From Eledone cirrhosa (taxonomy: Eukaryota), in assembly GCA_964016885.1 (NCBI GenBank), contig OZ024760.1, positions 28,644,001 through 28,708,000 on the forward strand: DNA of 64,000 nt. The letters run 5' to 3'. A program made the translations under genes and the position numbers. Every line of letters begins with the position of its first letter. Positions within the stretch are counted from its first letter, which is position 1. The notes under the pieces were generated by a model, which did not search any database, was not told where the DNA came from, and was given only the letters and a program-made list of their open reading frames with translations. This document shows, piece after piece, positions 43,301 to 56,400 of this stretch.

Positions 43301-43449
43301 ATGTGTGTATATAAAAATATGTATGTGTATATATATATATGAGTGTGTGTATATTTGTGTGTGTGTGTATGTTTTCACACACACACACACACACCTCAGG
43401 TGAGAATGGGTAGAATGGAAGTAGGAAGGGAAGTGTGGAGCTTGGTTGG

Positions 43450-44315
43450 CATGGTGGTGGGGGTAGTGGTGGTGGTGTTGATGGTGGTAGTGGTGGTGGT
43501 AGTGATAGTTGTAGTGGTGGTGGTAGTAGTAATAGTAGTAGTGGTGGTAGTGATAATTGTGGTGGTGGTGGTAGTAATAGCAGTAGTTGTGATAGTGTAG
43601 GTGGTGGTGGTGGTGGTAGTGCAGGTGGTGGTGGTGGTGGTAGTAATAGTAGTAGTGGTGGTAGTGATAATTGTGGTGGTGGTGGTAGTAATAGCAGTAG
43701 TGGTGATAGTGTAGGTGGTGGTGGTGGTGGTAGTGCAGGTGGTGGTGGTGGTGGTAGTAATAGTAGTAGTGGTGGTAGTGATAATTGTGGTGGTGGTGGT
43801 AGTAATAGCAGTAGTGGTGATAGTGTAGGTGGTGGTGGTGGTGGTAGTGCAGGTGGTGGTGGTGGTGGTAGTAATAGTAGTAGTGGTGGTAGTGATAATT
43901 GTGGTGGTGGTGGTAGTAATAGCAGTAGTGGTGATAGTGTAGGTGGTGGTGGTGGTGGTAGTGTAGCTGGTGGTGGTGGTAGTAATAGTAGTAGTGGTGG
44001 CAGTGATAGTGTAGGTGGTGGTGGTGGTGGTGGTAGTAATAGTAGTAGTGGTGGCAGTGATAGTGTAGGTGGTAGTGGTGATAGTGGTGGTGGTGGTGGT
44101 GGTGGTGGTGGTGGTAGTAATAGTAGTAGTGGTGGCAGTGATAGTGTAGGTGGTAGTGGTGATAGTGTAGGTGGTAGTGGTGGCAGTGATAGTGTAGGTG
44201 GTGGTGGTGGTGGTAGTGGTGGTGGTAGTGGTGGCAGTGATAGTGTAGGTGGTAGTGGTGATAGTGTAGGTGGTAGTGGTGGCAGTGATAGTGTAGGTGG
44301 TGGTAGTGGTGGTGA
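43450..44315. repeat. (GGT/AGT)n array with ~117-bp higher-order unit
   Basis: Repeating GTGATAATTGTGG..GCAGGTGG blocks. Confidence 0.9.
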
Positions 44316-44784
44316 CATACAGGACTACGGTTGCATTCATGTACGTTAGTAACAATATAATATATATTATATCTTTGTTATTTAAAGAACATAGTTACCT
44401 TGCCAAGCCAGCCTCACCCACACCTCTTCCACACAACCCCTGCCCCTTCCACACCACCCTGGCATCACCACACCACCACCACTACTGTTCTTGTACCTGT
44501 ATTTACCTGTTGAAGCAGCAACCCTGGTGTGTGAGATGTATTTTAATTTTTTAAATTTATAATTTCAACAAAATTCCAGCAACTTCTCGGTAGTATTACT
44601 CCAACAGTAACTGGCATAGTTGAGTTGTGTGTGTGTGTGTGTGTGTGTACATGTGTGTGTCATGGTAATGTTAGTGCACATGTGTGTGCATGTGTGTGTG
44701 TGTGTGCATGTGTGTCTGTCATGGTAGTGGTGGTAGTGGAGTCGGAAAGAAAGGTGAATAAAATTCAGAACTATCTATCTATAT

Positions 44785-45150
44785 GTAAAGTGGTCATGCT
44801 GGTGACACAACAAAAAGCACCCAGTCTACACTGCATAGTGGTCATGTAGGTGACACGACAAAAAGCACCCCGCCCACACTGCAAAGTGGTCATGCTGGTG
44901 ACACGACAAAAAGCACCCAGTCCACACTGTAAAGTGGTCATGTAGGAGACATGGTGAAAAGGCACCCAGCCCACACTGTAAATGTGTTTGGTATTGTGAA
45001 GGGCATCCAGCCATCCAGCCATAGAAAACCAGCAAGAAAGGTTCTGTATGACCGAGACATGGTCACCCGACCAATCTTGCCTCAAGTTGAACAAACCCAT
45101 CTAACCCATGTTAGTGTGGAAGATGGATGTTAAACGATGATGATGATGAT
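44785..45150 (+). mobile_element. Meta-type SINE/LINE 3' fragment with ~58-bp subrepeats
   Basis: GAAGGGCATCCAGCC core; GTTAAACG(ATG)n tail. Confidence 0.7.
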
Positions 45151-45302
45151 ATATATATATATAGTAATAATAATAAATTTGAAGACTAAAATCCAAAGAG
45201 GGCTCGATAAGGATAAATATATATCAAATATATAAGAACTGTAGAGCAAATATTTAGAGCAGCGATTCTTTGCTTAAACTTTAATCTGTTATTTTAATAA
45301 AT

Positions 45303-45353
<51 letters not shown>

Positions 45354-45524
45354 ATCGACTGGTGATTTGTTGGAAGTCTGGATATGGTTTCTTGGTAATT
45401 CTCCAAAGTTTTACTGTAATGCACACACACACATATATATATATGATGGCTGTTTGAATACACGTGCTTTTGGTAGTAAAACTTTATATATATTTATATA
45501 GTTAGATACAAAATACCAATATGT

Positions 45525-45796
45525 GTATAAGAGGGATAAACTAGTGTGCGGGAGAGAAGACTGCAATGGACATGTGATGTGCATGGAGGATGACCACTGG
45601 GTAAAGAAGTGCCAAGAAATCCCAGTGGAAGGAAGGCCATGAAAAACATGGGCGGAGGTGGTGAGAGCTGACCTTAAATCACTGACGCTCACGGAGGAGA
45701 TGACGAAGGACCGTGGCAAGTGGGGAGATGCTGTACTGAATAGGACCCGTCCCACCCTTGCAAGCAGGGAAAAGTGGACAATGATGATGATGATGA
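45525..45796 (+). mobile_element. RTE LINE 3' fragment
   Basis: GHVMCMEDDHWVKKC..KTWAEVVRADL..RTRPTLASREKWT. Confidence 0.8.
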
Positions 45797-45885
45797 TATA
45801 TATATTTATATATGCATGCATCCAGTGTTGCAGACACATGTTCATACTTACATATACATATGAAAAAATTCATTATGTACACTTT

Positions 45886-46455
45886 CATCATCATCATCAT
45901 CATCGTTTAACGTCTATCTTCTGCGCCAGCATGGGCTTAGACGGGAACTGTCCCACTTGAGGCAAGATTGGTTGTCTTGCTCGCATAGGACTGTCTGGCA
46001 GGTTTTCTACGGGTGGATGCCCTTCCTAACACCAACCACGTTTACAGTGTCAACTGGGAGGTTTTTACCGTGTTACCTATACGGCCACATTACAGCGTGG
46101 ACTGTGTGTTTTTTTGTCGTGACACCTACACGACTTCTTTTATTTAGGACTGGATGTTGTGGTACCAACATAACTTTACATCGAAAGGGGTGGTGTTGGT
46201 TAGTGGGTGGGGGTGTATATTTGATTAAGAGGTACCTACTAACTGTAGGTTTCGCTTTGTACTTAGGCAAGGCGGGTCTTCTGTATTACAGCGTAGCGCC
46301 AAAGATCTCGGTCCAGTGACATTGTCTTAGAGAGGTGTACGTGTGTAAGGTCGGAAATTATCAAATCATCCCAGGTTTTTTGGGGTCTGCCTACTCCGTA
46401 ACTTCCGTCAATTTTGATCGCCCTGCACTTTTTTATACAGCTGTCGTCTTTCATA
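45886..46455 (-). mobile_element. RTE 3' end + Meta-domain 3'UTR
   Basis: Reverse complement of 20140-20692; GRPQKTW..QKTRLA*. Confidence 0.85.
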
Positions 46456-46527
46456 TATTTATAATATATATATATATATATAATAATAATATTATTTATA
46501 CTTATATATACACTAATATATATATAT

Positions 46528-46700
46528 ACAGTAATTTATTACGACCTTATTACCAGTAAGAGAAATAGCTCAATGTAAATACATCAGATCTTTTACAGAG
46601 CTGGAATATAAATTACAGAATAATCAAAACCATGTTCAAAACATTCCATTGCTGACAATCACCTCTTCCAAACTCTCGCTTGGAACCATCGGAGCACCAG
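46528..46700 (-). mobile_element. pLTR-like element with degenerate hammerhead (46650-46696)
   Basis: UGCU-CCGAUGG-UUCCAAGC/GUUUGGAA-GAGG..GUC-AGCA; tail homologous to 63450-63574. Confidence 0.5.
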
Positions 46701-46865
46701 CAAAGTCTAGACATATAATCAACCTCCTATTCCACAAAACAATTGCAAAGATATGCAGATACTAGTGTTGTCATTAACAGTGTCACATTTAAAGAGTGAA
46801 GATGATGTGGTCAGCATATTTTATATATACTCAGATGCACATTTACCTATATATATATATATATA

Positions 46866-47181
46866 TATAAAGAAAAAGAGATGAAATCGAAAATGCAACT
46901 GGAGTCTTATTTTTTTAAAAAATATATATATTTATTTGGTTCCTTTACCGGTTTCGCAGTTCTTCTGCTTTTCAAAAGGTGAGTTGAGATGGAGGGCCTG
47001 TGGTTTTTCTCACATCTGGTTGGTCTCTGAATGTTACTTGTTTTATATGGAAAAAGTGGCTCGAAATGCCAGGTTTTTCGAGAAAAGACTCCAGTTGCAT
47101 TTTTGATTTCATCTCTTTTTCTTTATACTTTCACTCGTGTAGGACACCTCGGTTATTTTTCATTTTGTAAAAAAACCTCAC

Positions 47182-47187
<6 letters not shown>
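46866..47187. mobile_element. Inverted-arm element F5 with hammerhead variant (46942-46979, minus)
   Basis: Arms 46866-46908 and 47083-47127; CCUU-UUGAAAA-GCAG/CUGC-GAAA-CCGGU-A-AAGG. Confidence 0.7.
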
Positions 47188-47224
<37 letters not shown>

Positions 47225-47225
<1 letters not shown>

Positions 47226-47530
47226 TGAGAGAATCATGCTGCCAATAAAAACACATGCATCTGTTGGTTTTCACTTCAATTTATTACAAATTTCTGGTTG
47301 GTTGGTGCAATAACTGGATGGTTCTATATTTATTGTCAAGTAGGACAGAACAAAGGAGAGACACAAAATAACAATCAGTCACTGAGGAGGTCATGGAATG
47401 TGTGACGAAAGAGCTTTGACAATAAATAAACAACCATCCAGTTATTAAACCAATAAACGGGAAATTTGTAACAAATTGAAGTGAAAAACAACAGGTGCGT
47501 GTGTTTTTATTGGCAGCCTGACCCTCCCAA
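47225..47530. mobile_element. Inverted-arm element F6 with hammerhead (47378-47420, plus)
   Basis: About 105-bp imperfect inverted arms; GTCA-CTGAGGA-GGTCA/TGAC-GAAA-GAGCT-T-TGAC. Confidence 0.75.
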
Positions 47531-47706
47531 GGTATAACAATATTTGTTTCAACACACGTTTGTTTTCAGTCTTGCAAAACAAATTAAAAAATGAAATATA
47601 TATATATATATAAATACCAAAGTAAAAGTTAAGTGGAAATATGGAAGAGTAAGAACACTCAGTCCATAGGATGAGTTTAGTATAAATAATTACAACAGTG
47701 GCATAA

Positions 47707-47834
47707 ACAGGGGCTCAAGTTTCGTTGGGTTCTGGGGCCCAATTCATTCAGTTTGTCATGAGAAAAAAAAATATCTTTGATTTTATTTTTCTCATGACAG
47801 GTTGAATGAGTTGGGGCCCAGAACCCAACGAAAC
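47707..47834. mobile_element. Inverted pair F7 with hammerhead-like motif
   Basis: Composite of both arms: ACAGG-YTGAATGA-GTTGGG/CCCAAC-GAAA-CTTGAGC-C-CCTGT. Confidence 0.55.
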
Positions 47835-47944
47835 ATATATATGTATGAAAAGATTCAGGACCCCCGACGGCTGAACTCCGGCCATTTCGACAGCTAGATC
47901 CAAACTAAAGCGCCAGTATCCAAACGAGTGTGTGTATATGGTAT

Positions 47945-48320
47945 GAATTCTTGATCCTGTTTTCCTCTCCGCTATTCCCTCTTTCTCAAACTTATTCACA
48001 ATTGATGGTTCTTGAATGGACTTTGAAGATGGAAGCCTTAGAATGAATGCTGGTACCATTACTGAAGACCTGGATGATCTTAGCCTGCTCAACATTGCTC
48101 AGTTGAGAAGACATGGTGTAGCTGGCACAAAACTATTTCAGCCTGTTCTCTTCCTAGCTAAATATCTCAATAGATATTTCACTGATTCTTGCAAGATCTG
48201 GTGTCAGTATGGCCAGATGTCTTATCTGGAAATATGGAAAATTGCAAATCGATTAGTTTATTGGTTTTAAGAAGTTTTAAGAATTTGTGAGCATGACAAT
48301 TTTGTTGTTACACCCAGTAT
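47945..48320 (-). mobile_element. Possible Tc1/mariner 5' remnant
   Basis: IVNKFEKEGIAERKTGS HTH-like stretch; TA|CTGGGTG terminus-like sequence. Confidence 0.35.
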
Positions 48321-48349
48321 ATATAAATATATATAAATACATATATATA

Positions 48350-48844
48350 AGTAAAACCTACTACAGTCAGTAGGCATCTCTAACAAAATACACCCCGTCC
48401 CACCCCACCCACCCCATCCACACCGCCCCTTTCAATGTAAAGTTATGTTGGTGCCACAACATCCAGGCCGAAACAAATGAGATCGTGTAGGTGTCACGAC
48501 AAAAAAACCACACAGTTCACGCTGTAATGTGGCCGTGTAGGCAACACGGTAAAAACCTCCCAGTCCCACACTGTAAGTGTGGTTGGTGTTAGGAAGGGCA
48601 TCCAGCTGTAGAAAACCCGCCAGACAGTCCACGCTGTAATGTGGCCGTGTAGGCAACACGGTAAAAACCTCCCAGCCCCACACTGTAAATGTGGTTGGCG
48701 TTAGGAAGGGCATCCAGCTGTAGAAAACCCGCCAGACAGTCCTATGCGACCAAGATAATCACTCTTGCCTCAAGTGGGAAAAACCCCGTCCAAACCCATG
48801 CAAGCGTGGAACACAGACGTTAAACGTTGATGATGATGAAGATG

Positions 48845-48845
<1 letters not shown>
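48350..48845 (+). mobile_element. Meta-containing RTE 3'UTR copy with internal duplication
   Basis: Matches 20330-20692. Confidence 0.8.
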
Positions 48846-48891
<46 letters not shown>

Positions 48892-48894
<3 letters not shown>

Positions 48895-49026
48895 CGTATT
48901 TCCTGGCGTCTAAGACGCTACTATTTCCTAAAATAAGTTTAAAATATCTACCATGGGTCCTGGAGGCCGAAGGTTGTTTATTTTTTTCAAAATTAGGGTG
49001 AGTCTTTGGCGCCGGGCAATATGGTA
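48892..49026. mobile_element. pogo/Tigger-type MITE
   Basis: TAGCGTATTTCCTGGCGTCTAAGAC ... GTCTTTGGCGCCGGGCAATATGGTA. Confidence 0.6.
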
Positions 49027-49079
49027 TCATCATCATCATCATCATCATCATTTTACGTCCGCTTTTCCCTGCTTGCAAG

Positions 49080-49143
<64 letters not shown>

Positions 49144-49146
<3 letters not shown>

Positions 49147-49328
49147 GGTAAACAGAAATAACAACACAATCGGTACAGTATATGGAAGGGATATATTAGG
49201 TTAACGCTTGATATAGACGGAAGAGGGCCTTAACGTTTCGGACGCTAGTCCTTCATCAGAAGAAAGAATGAGAAATAAAATAGATTGAGGGGACGGGCGA
49301 GATGGAATTGGAAAAAATGTCTTTAGAT
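49144..49328 (-). mobile_element. Hammerhead element F2 copy 3
   Basis: Hammerhead at 49228-49263; same extent as the other F2 copies. Confidence 0.8.
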
Positions 49329-49641
49329 ATATGTATGTATGTATGTATACATGTGTGTGTGTGTATAATGTATATATATATATATATACTTACAAACACA
49401 GAGCCATCTTACATATGTATACAGTGATTTTAAAGAAATAATTTAGGTGAAATTCTTTTAATTACAATCATTGTAATTACAGATGACAGAAAAAGACTGA
49501 GGAGTGGTGAGTTGTGGGGGTGTGGTATTGATTGGTACAGTTTTATCTATATTTTTATATTGATTACATATGTTTTAAATTATTTCAAATGTTTATTATT
49601 TCAAACAATACTTCCATGGACTCATTAACTACTTTGTGTTG

Positions 49642-49778
<137 letters not shown>

Positions 49779-50006
49779 TACATACATTTCAAAAATGCTG
49801 CATGTACACATGTACAGATAAAAAAACATATACACATGTACACATATAGCTCAAAACATCCACATCCACACATGCAATAACATACATACCTGCACACACA
49901 TACATTTATGTAAATTCCACCGTGAGAGTCTTGTGTCTATGTTAGAGACTCTCTCTCGATTGGTAAACATTTGTAAAATTATAAAACCAGAAGCACATAC
50001 ATACAT

Positions 50007-50007
<1 letters not shown>

Positions 50008-50042
<35 letters not shown>

Positions 50043-50405
50043 GTTAATGTGTGTGCTCCACAATGGCATGGGTTTGGACGGGAGTTTTCCCACTTGAGGC
50101 AAGAGTGATTGTCTTGCTTGCATAGGACTGTCTGGCGGGTTTTCTACAGCTGGATGCCCTTCCTAACACCAACCACATTTACAGTGTGGGGCTGGGAGGT
50201 TTTTACCGTGTTGCCTACACGGCCACATTACAGCATGAACTGTGTGTTTTTTTGTTGTGACACCTACACGATCTCATTTGTTTCGGCCTGGATGTTGTGG
50301 TACCAACATAACTTTACATTGAAAGGGGCGGTGTGGATGGGGTGGGGGTGGTGGGACGGGGTGTATTTTGTTAGAGATGCCTACTGACTGTAGTAGGTTT
50401 TACTT
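50008..50405 (-). mobile_element. Meta-containing RTE 3'UTR copy
   Basis: Reverse complement of 48350-48845. Confidence 0.8.
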
Positions 50406-50455
<50 letters not shown>

Positions 50456-50456
<1 letters not shown>

Positions 50457-50625
50457 GTAGACCACGAAAAACATGGGCGGAGGTGGTGAGCACAGACCTC
50501 AGATCATTGAAGCTCACGGTTGAGATGACGAGGGACCGTGACGAGTGGAGAGATGCTGTGCTGAATAAGACCCGTCCCACCCTTGCAAGCAGGGAAAAGC
50601 GGACGTAAAATGATGATGATGATGA
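50456..50625 (+). mobile_element. RTE LINE 3' fragment
   Basis: GRPRKTWAEVVSTDL..RDEWRDAVLNKTRP. Confidence 0.85.
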
Positions 50626-50709
50626 TATATATATATGTACACAGGCATATACACACATCTATATACATACATACATACATATCATCATATATATATATAA
50701 TATAAAACA

Positions 50710-50929
50710 AAAAATCAGTGATGCATCTGAACTCAATTTATTGTGTGTTACAAGTGTTTCGCCGGCGGAGAGCTTGAGACGCGATCATTGTGTGGATCTG
50801 TCCGATCTGGACCCGCAGGTTCGACGGACACGTCTAATGATTTCAGAGCATATTCTTCCACTCGAGCTGTCTGCCGGGGAAACAATTGTAACACACAATA
50901 AATTGAGTTCAGATGCATCACTGATTTTT
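50710..50929. mobile_element. Inverted-arm element F10 with degenerate hammerhead
   Basis: Perfect ~43-bp outer arms; CTAATGA at 50834 ... GAAA-CAATTGT-A-ACAC. Confidence 0.55.
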
Positions 50930-51049
50930 CGTTTTCTATTCTATCATACTCTGCTCTGGAAGAGCATAGAGTGCTCAACCGGCATACCGCCTATGGAAGC
51001 ATCTTAGCTACCATCAGACACACACACATATATATATACACACATACAT

Positions 51050-51110
<61 letters not shown>

Positions 51111-51253
51111 GTAACGATATACACACATACATACATACATATCATCATCATAAACAAACACACACTCAAACATATATACATACACATGTATATACATACA
51201 TATCATCATATAATCACACACAGATATATATATATACACATGCTGAAACATAT

Positions 51254-51358
<105 letters not shown>

Positions 51359-51461
51359 CATACACACTCAAACATATACACACACATACACACACACACT
51401 GAAACATCTACACCTATACATATATATATATATAGTAATAATAATAATATATATATATAGT

Positions 51462-51516
<55 letters not shown>

Positions 51517-51630
51517 CATAGTAATAATTGTTTCTACTTTAGGCACAAGGCCAGCAATTACCCAGTGCATTTCTGGTACTTTATTTTATCGACCCCGTAA
51601 GGATGAAAGGCAAAGTCAACCTTAATAATA

Positions 51631-51666
<36 letters not shown>

Positions 51667-51677
51667 TAATAATAATG

Positions 51678-51716
<39 letters not shown>

Positions 51717-51755
51717 TAATAATTATGTATATATATATATATACTAATAATAATG

Positions 51756-51792
<37 letters not shown>

Positions 51793-51802
<10 letters not shown>

Positions 51803-52047
51803 TGTATAGAAGGAGCTTCTACAGGACTAGTACTGTTTCATTCAGATGAAATCTTCAGGAAGCTGGGTGTCATATTAAGTTCTGGTATTTATATATTTAG
51901 GTAGTATCCAGCTTCCTGAAGATTTCATCTGAATGAAACAGTACTAGTCCTGTAGAAGCTCCTTCTATACAATAAATATATTTTACTCTGCCATGTATTG
52001 AGTACCTTACTTACTGTGGTTATCCCCGACTCAACCCGGGACCTACG
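51793..52047. mobile_element. F3 element: two complete hammerheads on opposite strands (51814-51864 minus, 51910-51960 plus) + tail
   Basis: AGCTTC-CTGAAGA-TTTCATCTGAAT-GAAA-CAG TACTAGTC CTGT-A-GAAGCT; ~70-bp perfect inverted arms. Confidence 0.85.
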
Positions 52048-53474
52048 TATATATATATATATATATATATTATGTGTAGAAGTAAACACAGTAAACCCGT
52101 GTCTAAAATTTACTTCTACACATATTAATATTATAATGCTCAGTATTTATACTTTGAGCTTGTTAATTGCAGGGTATCAGTATGAGTTAATAACTCTATA
52201 TTTTATTTTATTTTATTTTATTTTATTTGTATATATATATATAGTAATATATCATCATTTTACGTCCGCTTTTTCCTAGTAATAATTGTTTCTACTTTTG
52301 GCACAAGGCCAGTGTATTACTGGTACTTTATTTTATCGACCCTGTAAGGATGAAAGGCAAAGTCAACCTTCACAGGATTTGAACTCAGAATGGCAAGGGC
52401 CGTAACTCTATGTGTAAAAGCATAGTAATAATAATGTATATATATATTTATGTATGTATGTATGTATGTATGTGTATATATGTATGTGTGTATGTGTATG
52501 TATATGTATGTATGTGTATGTATATATATGTGTATGTATATGTATGTATGTATATGTATGTATATATGTATGTATTTGACACCTGTAAGCAATGTTGTAT
52601 GTAATATACCGGGCATTCAGTTCTGAAAGCCCCCACCCCCCACACACACACCACCACCACCACCACCACCACCACCACCACCACCACCACCATACCACCA
52701 CCACCACCACCACCACCACCATCATGTCTATAGCTGCTACAACAGTTCACAATTACCTGTTCGACTGTATATATTTATAATTTTAAATGATTTATTAGCT
52801 TTTAAAACAATTCTCCTGTCAGTCCCATTCCAACTTGGTATCTTTTCTAATTCTTCTGATAGTAATATTGGTATTTTACTCTGTAAACCCTTTTCATACC
52901 AAACTCTCTCAAATGGTCCCTTGGTCTACGGTAAAAAGCTGTTTGTTTTAAAGTGTTTACATTTATCAAAAAAAAAAAATGTTCATCTTAATTTTATGTA
53001 TAAACCTTTGTTAAGTTATGTTCCAAACACCATCTTAACCCTTTTGATACCACATTGCCTGAAACCATCCCTGGTTCTGACACAAAGCTGTTATATAAGA
53101 ACCTTTGTTAAGGTATGTTCCAATGACCCCTGGTTCTATGATACAAAGCTGTTTATTTTAAAATGTTTATATCTATCTAAAAACCTTCCACTATAATTTT
53201 ATGTAAGAACCATTGTTAAGTTATGTTCCAAGCACCAGCTTAACCCATTTCATACCACACTCATATTGTTATAGCTCACACCTAAGTAGGTTGAACAGGC
53301 TTTGTATAAAGTTGCATATCAGTGGAGTTTTCTTGGGTGTTTTGATGACAGGGGTCCCCAGTCTTATCATGTTTTTACAACTCACACCTATGTAGGTTTA
53401 GCCAGCCTCCTATGTGGTTGTATATCAGTGGAGGTTTCCTGGGTGTTTTAATGATATGGGGTTCCAGTCCTATC

Positions 53475-56400
53475 CAGTGGTGTAACTAGGTTTAAAGCCA
53501 GAGGGCGCAAATTCGATCTAAAGGGGGCCCACCAATTCCATACACTCATTTCCATCGGCTGCAAGGAAATATGTTCATACACACATATAGAATAGATAAT
53601 AATTTATAATAGAGTAGACAGCATCATAGATTACAGAGTTAGCATGTTCCGTGAAAACTTTATTAACTGCGAAGACGGTGGTCTATCTTCAGAAAAAAAA
53701 CAACATCCAATAAAACTAGTTTTGCAATCGATTATTCACCAACAAAAATTCGTATGTACAACAAATCGTCCAACTTTACTTTCACATTCGAGCACATTAC
53801 TTGTTCTACACTTCTAATTTGCGATGTTTTACTTTAGAAAATTTTTCAATCACGATGCTGAAGTCAATTTTTTCAGCCAGTTCTCGCTCTATGTATATCA
53901 TTGCCAGAGCATTCAATCGCTCTTCACTCATGGTACTACGCAAATAATTCTTTATCAGTTTGAGCCTGCTGAAGGTTCGCTCAGCCTGCGCCGAGCTAAC
54001 CGGAATAGTTATGAACATTTTGTATAAGGCAAACACGTTCGGATAGGCTCTATCTAAGTCATTAGAAATCATAAACGGAATGATCTCAGAACTCGATATG
54101 GATTTATCTAAACCCACTTCCTTGTAAAAATCTTTGAATGATAAATACTCGTCAAAGATAGTGTCATTTTCGATGTCACCCTCGTAGAATTTCACAAGAT
54201 TATCGATTCTCTCTCTATTGCATGTGTCGTAGTTGTCGAAGTGCGCTGGTAGCAAGCACGAAAAATCCTTCACTAGATCGTGCAAGTCGGCAAAACGTTT
54301 GTTAAAGCTACTAATGATTCTATCTAAGATAGTGAAATAAACGTCCCGTTTAAAATGCTGACTCATCGTCTCATGAGGTTCGTCACTGGCATTTTCATCA
54401 TGAAAACGCTTCTTTTTTCTTTTCCGTTTTTCTGTTGTAAACTCTGGTTCAACTTGACATTGCTCGGCGAGATTTTTAGCGTCTGATAATGTTCGGTCAA
54501 AATATTCATTTGAGCGGATGTCTTCAATTTCTTTTACTACATTTTTAATCATGACGTCCGCGGAATATAAGTCGATAGCCTCCTTCTGCAAATATTGTGA
54601 AACAGAATGCAGCTTTTTAAGTAAATTCTGAAAAAACTTCAACATGAAAATGAATTCAAACTTGCTCACATTTAGTAGCAAACCTCTGGCCTCGGCTAAT
54701 ACTTTTGGAGCAGTGTTGTGAACATCCCCACTTATTATCCTCTCTAGTGCACTTATTACTGCCGGTAAGTTAATGGTAGCCTCTACAGCCTGAATGTGAC
54801 TAAACCAGCGGGTATCTGAGAGTCTTTTTAATGTTAATACCGTTGAAGTCAATAGTTTTTCATGTTCTTCTTCGAGGATTTTCAGCCTTGGCAAGCTTGA
54901 TGTTAAGAAAACATACAGGCTCTCCAATATACCAAAAAATAATTTACCATCCACTGACTAGCATCGATTAACACCAGGTTCAGGTTATGAGCGCAACAAT
55001 GGACGTAAACAGCTTTCGAAGAGCATCTCTCTTTAACTCTAGCCTGAAGCCCAGAAATATGGCCTGACATATTCGACGCTCCGTCGTAAGCTTGTCCTCT
55101 AATATATTGAGCATCCAAGGATAGATCCTGGTAAAGAACTTTCACAAGCGTATCGTAAAATGATTCAGTGGCTGCTGATTCTAGTTCACAAAACAACAGG
55201 AAATGCTCCTGTGCGTGGCGAAATGTCTATTGTGGAATCGACGATGACTGAATAGTATTTTGCCGATTTCACTTCCGTGATTATTTGTTGAGTACATTCG
55301 TTTGCCAGGCATTCTATGAATCCGTTTTGTAATTTTGGACTTAAGTACATAGGCTGTCTTTTAGTGCGCCCAGGCGAGAATAAATGGCTTTCCAAGATCG
55401 TATCATTCTTGGCCATCAATTTCAACAATTCAATAAATTTTCCTTCATTTTCTGATTTGGCGCCAAGTCCAGCATATTCCCTGTGACCTCTGAAGGCCAG
55501 GCCTTGTTTTGCGAGAAATAACGTACAATCAAGCAATCGCCTCAAGATCTGGCGATTTCATTCAATTTGCTTCTCTTCATGGATGAGGTTATCGATCACT
55601 GTTTTATCTGCGTCCAAACGATATTTTGTCATGAAGTATTGCTTTTGTGCATTGATGTGAATGGCACTTTTCTCATGCTTAGCAATTTTTTCGATTCCCT
55701 TTTTGAAGTTTGCCATCCCACACTCTGGATTACCCCAAGTCTTCGAGTAAGATTTGGCATTTTTATCAGCAAACAGCCAACAACAAAAGCAATATAGTCT
55801 GTTGGATTCAGGAGAGTATACTAACCAGTGTCGGTCAACTTTATGGATTCCAGCATACTTTCTCTTGTACCAACTGATGTTGAATTTTCTGTGGTTCGAG
55901 TCGAGAGGGAAATCAGCAAAATTATCTTTCAATGCTGGCTGACAAGGACCAACGGCCATGAGGGCACGAATTAGAGGTGTCGTCAATGGTCTGTCCTCGA
56001 AATGTTTCGGGTCGCTTGGATACTTCTCTTGTAAATTCAACATGCATTCTACTGGCTCATACTCTGGGATTTGTTTTGCCAATGTAGTTTCCTCTGAATC
56101 ATTTTCAGATACAGCCATTTTTCCCTCTATTGAGTTTGGATCCCCAGTTGGAACTACATCTTCAGTGACTACGACGGTTGTTGAGATAGTCGATGGACCT
56201 GAGGCATCTTCGACGTCAGGTTCTCGCGACTCTCCAGTGCTTTTCTGTTTCTCCAGTTCATCTGACCAGACCGACTCGCCGGAAATTCCGGCAGTTACGT
56301 TGCTTTGGGATGCGTCACTACTTGTTAACGAAGACTGTTGACTTTTCAGAAAACTTGTGATTAGATGACATTTCTTTGCAGATTCTTCCATGGCAGCTTG

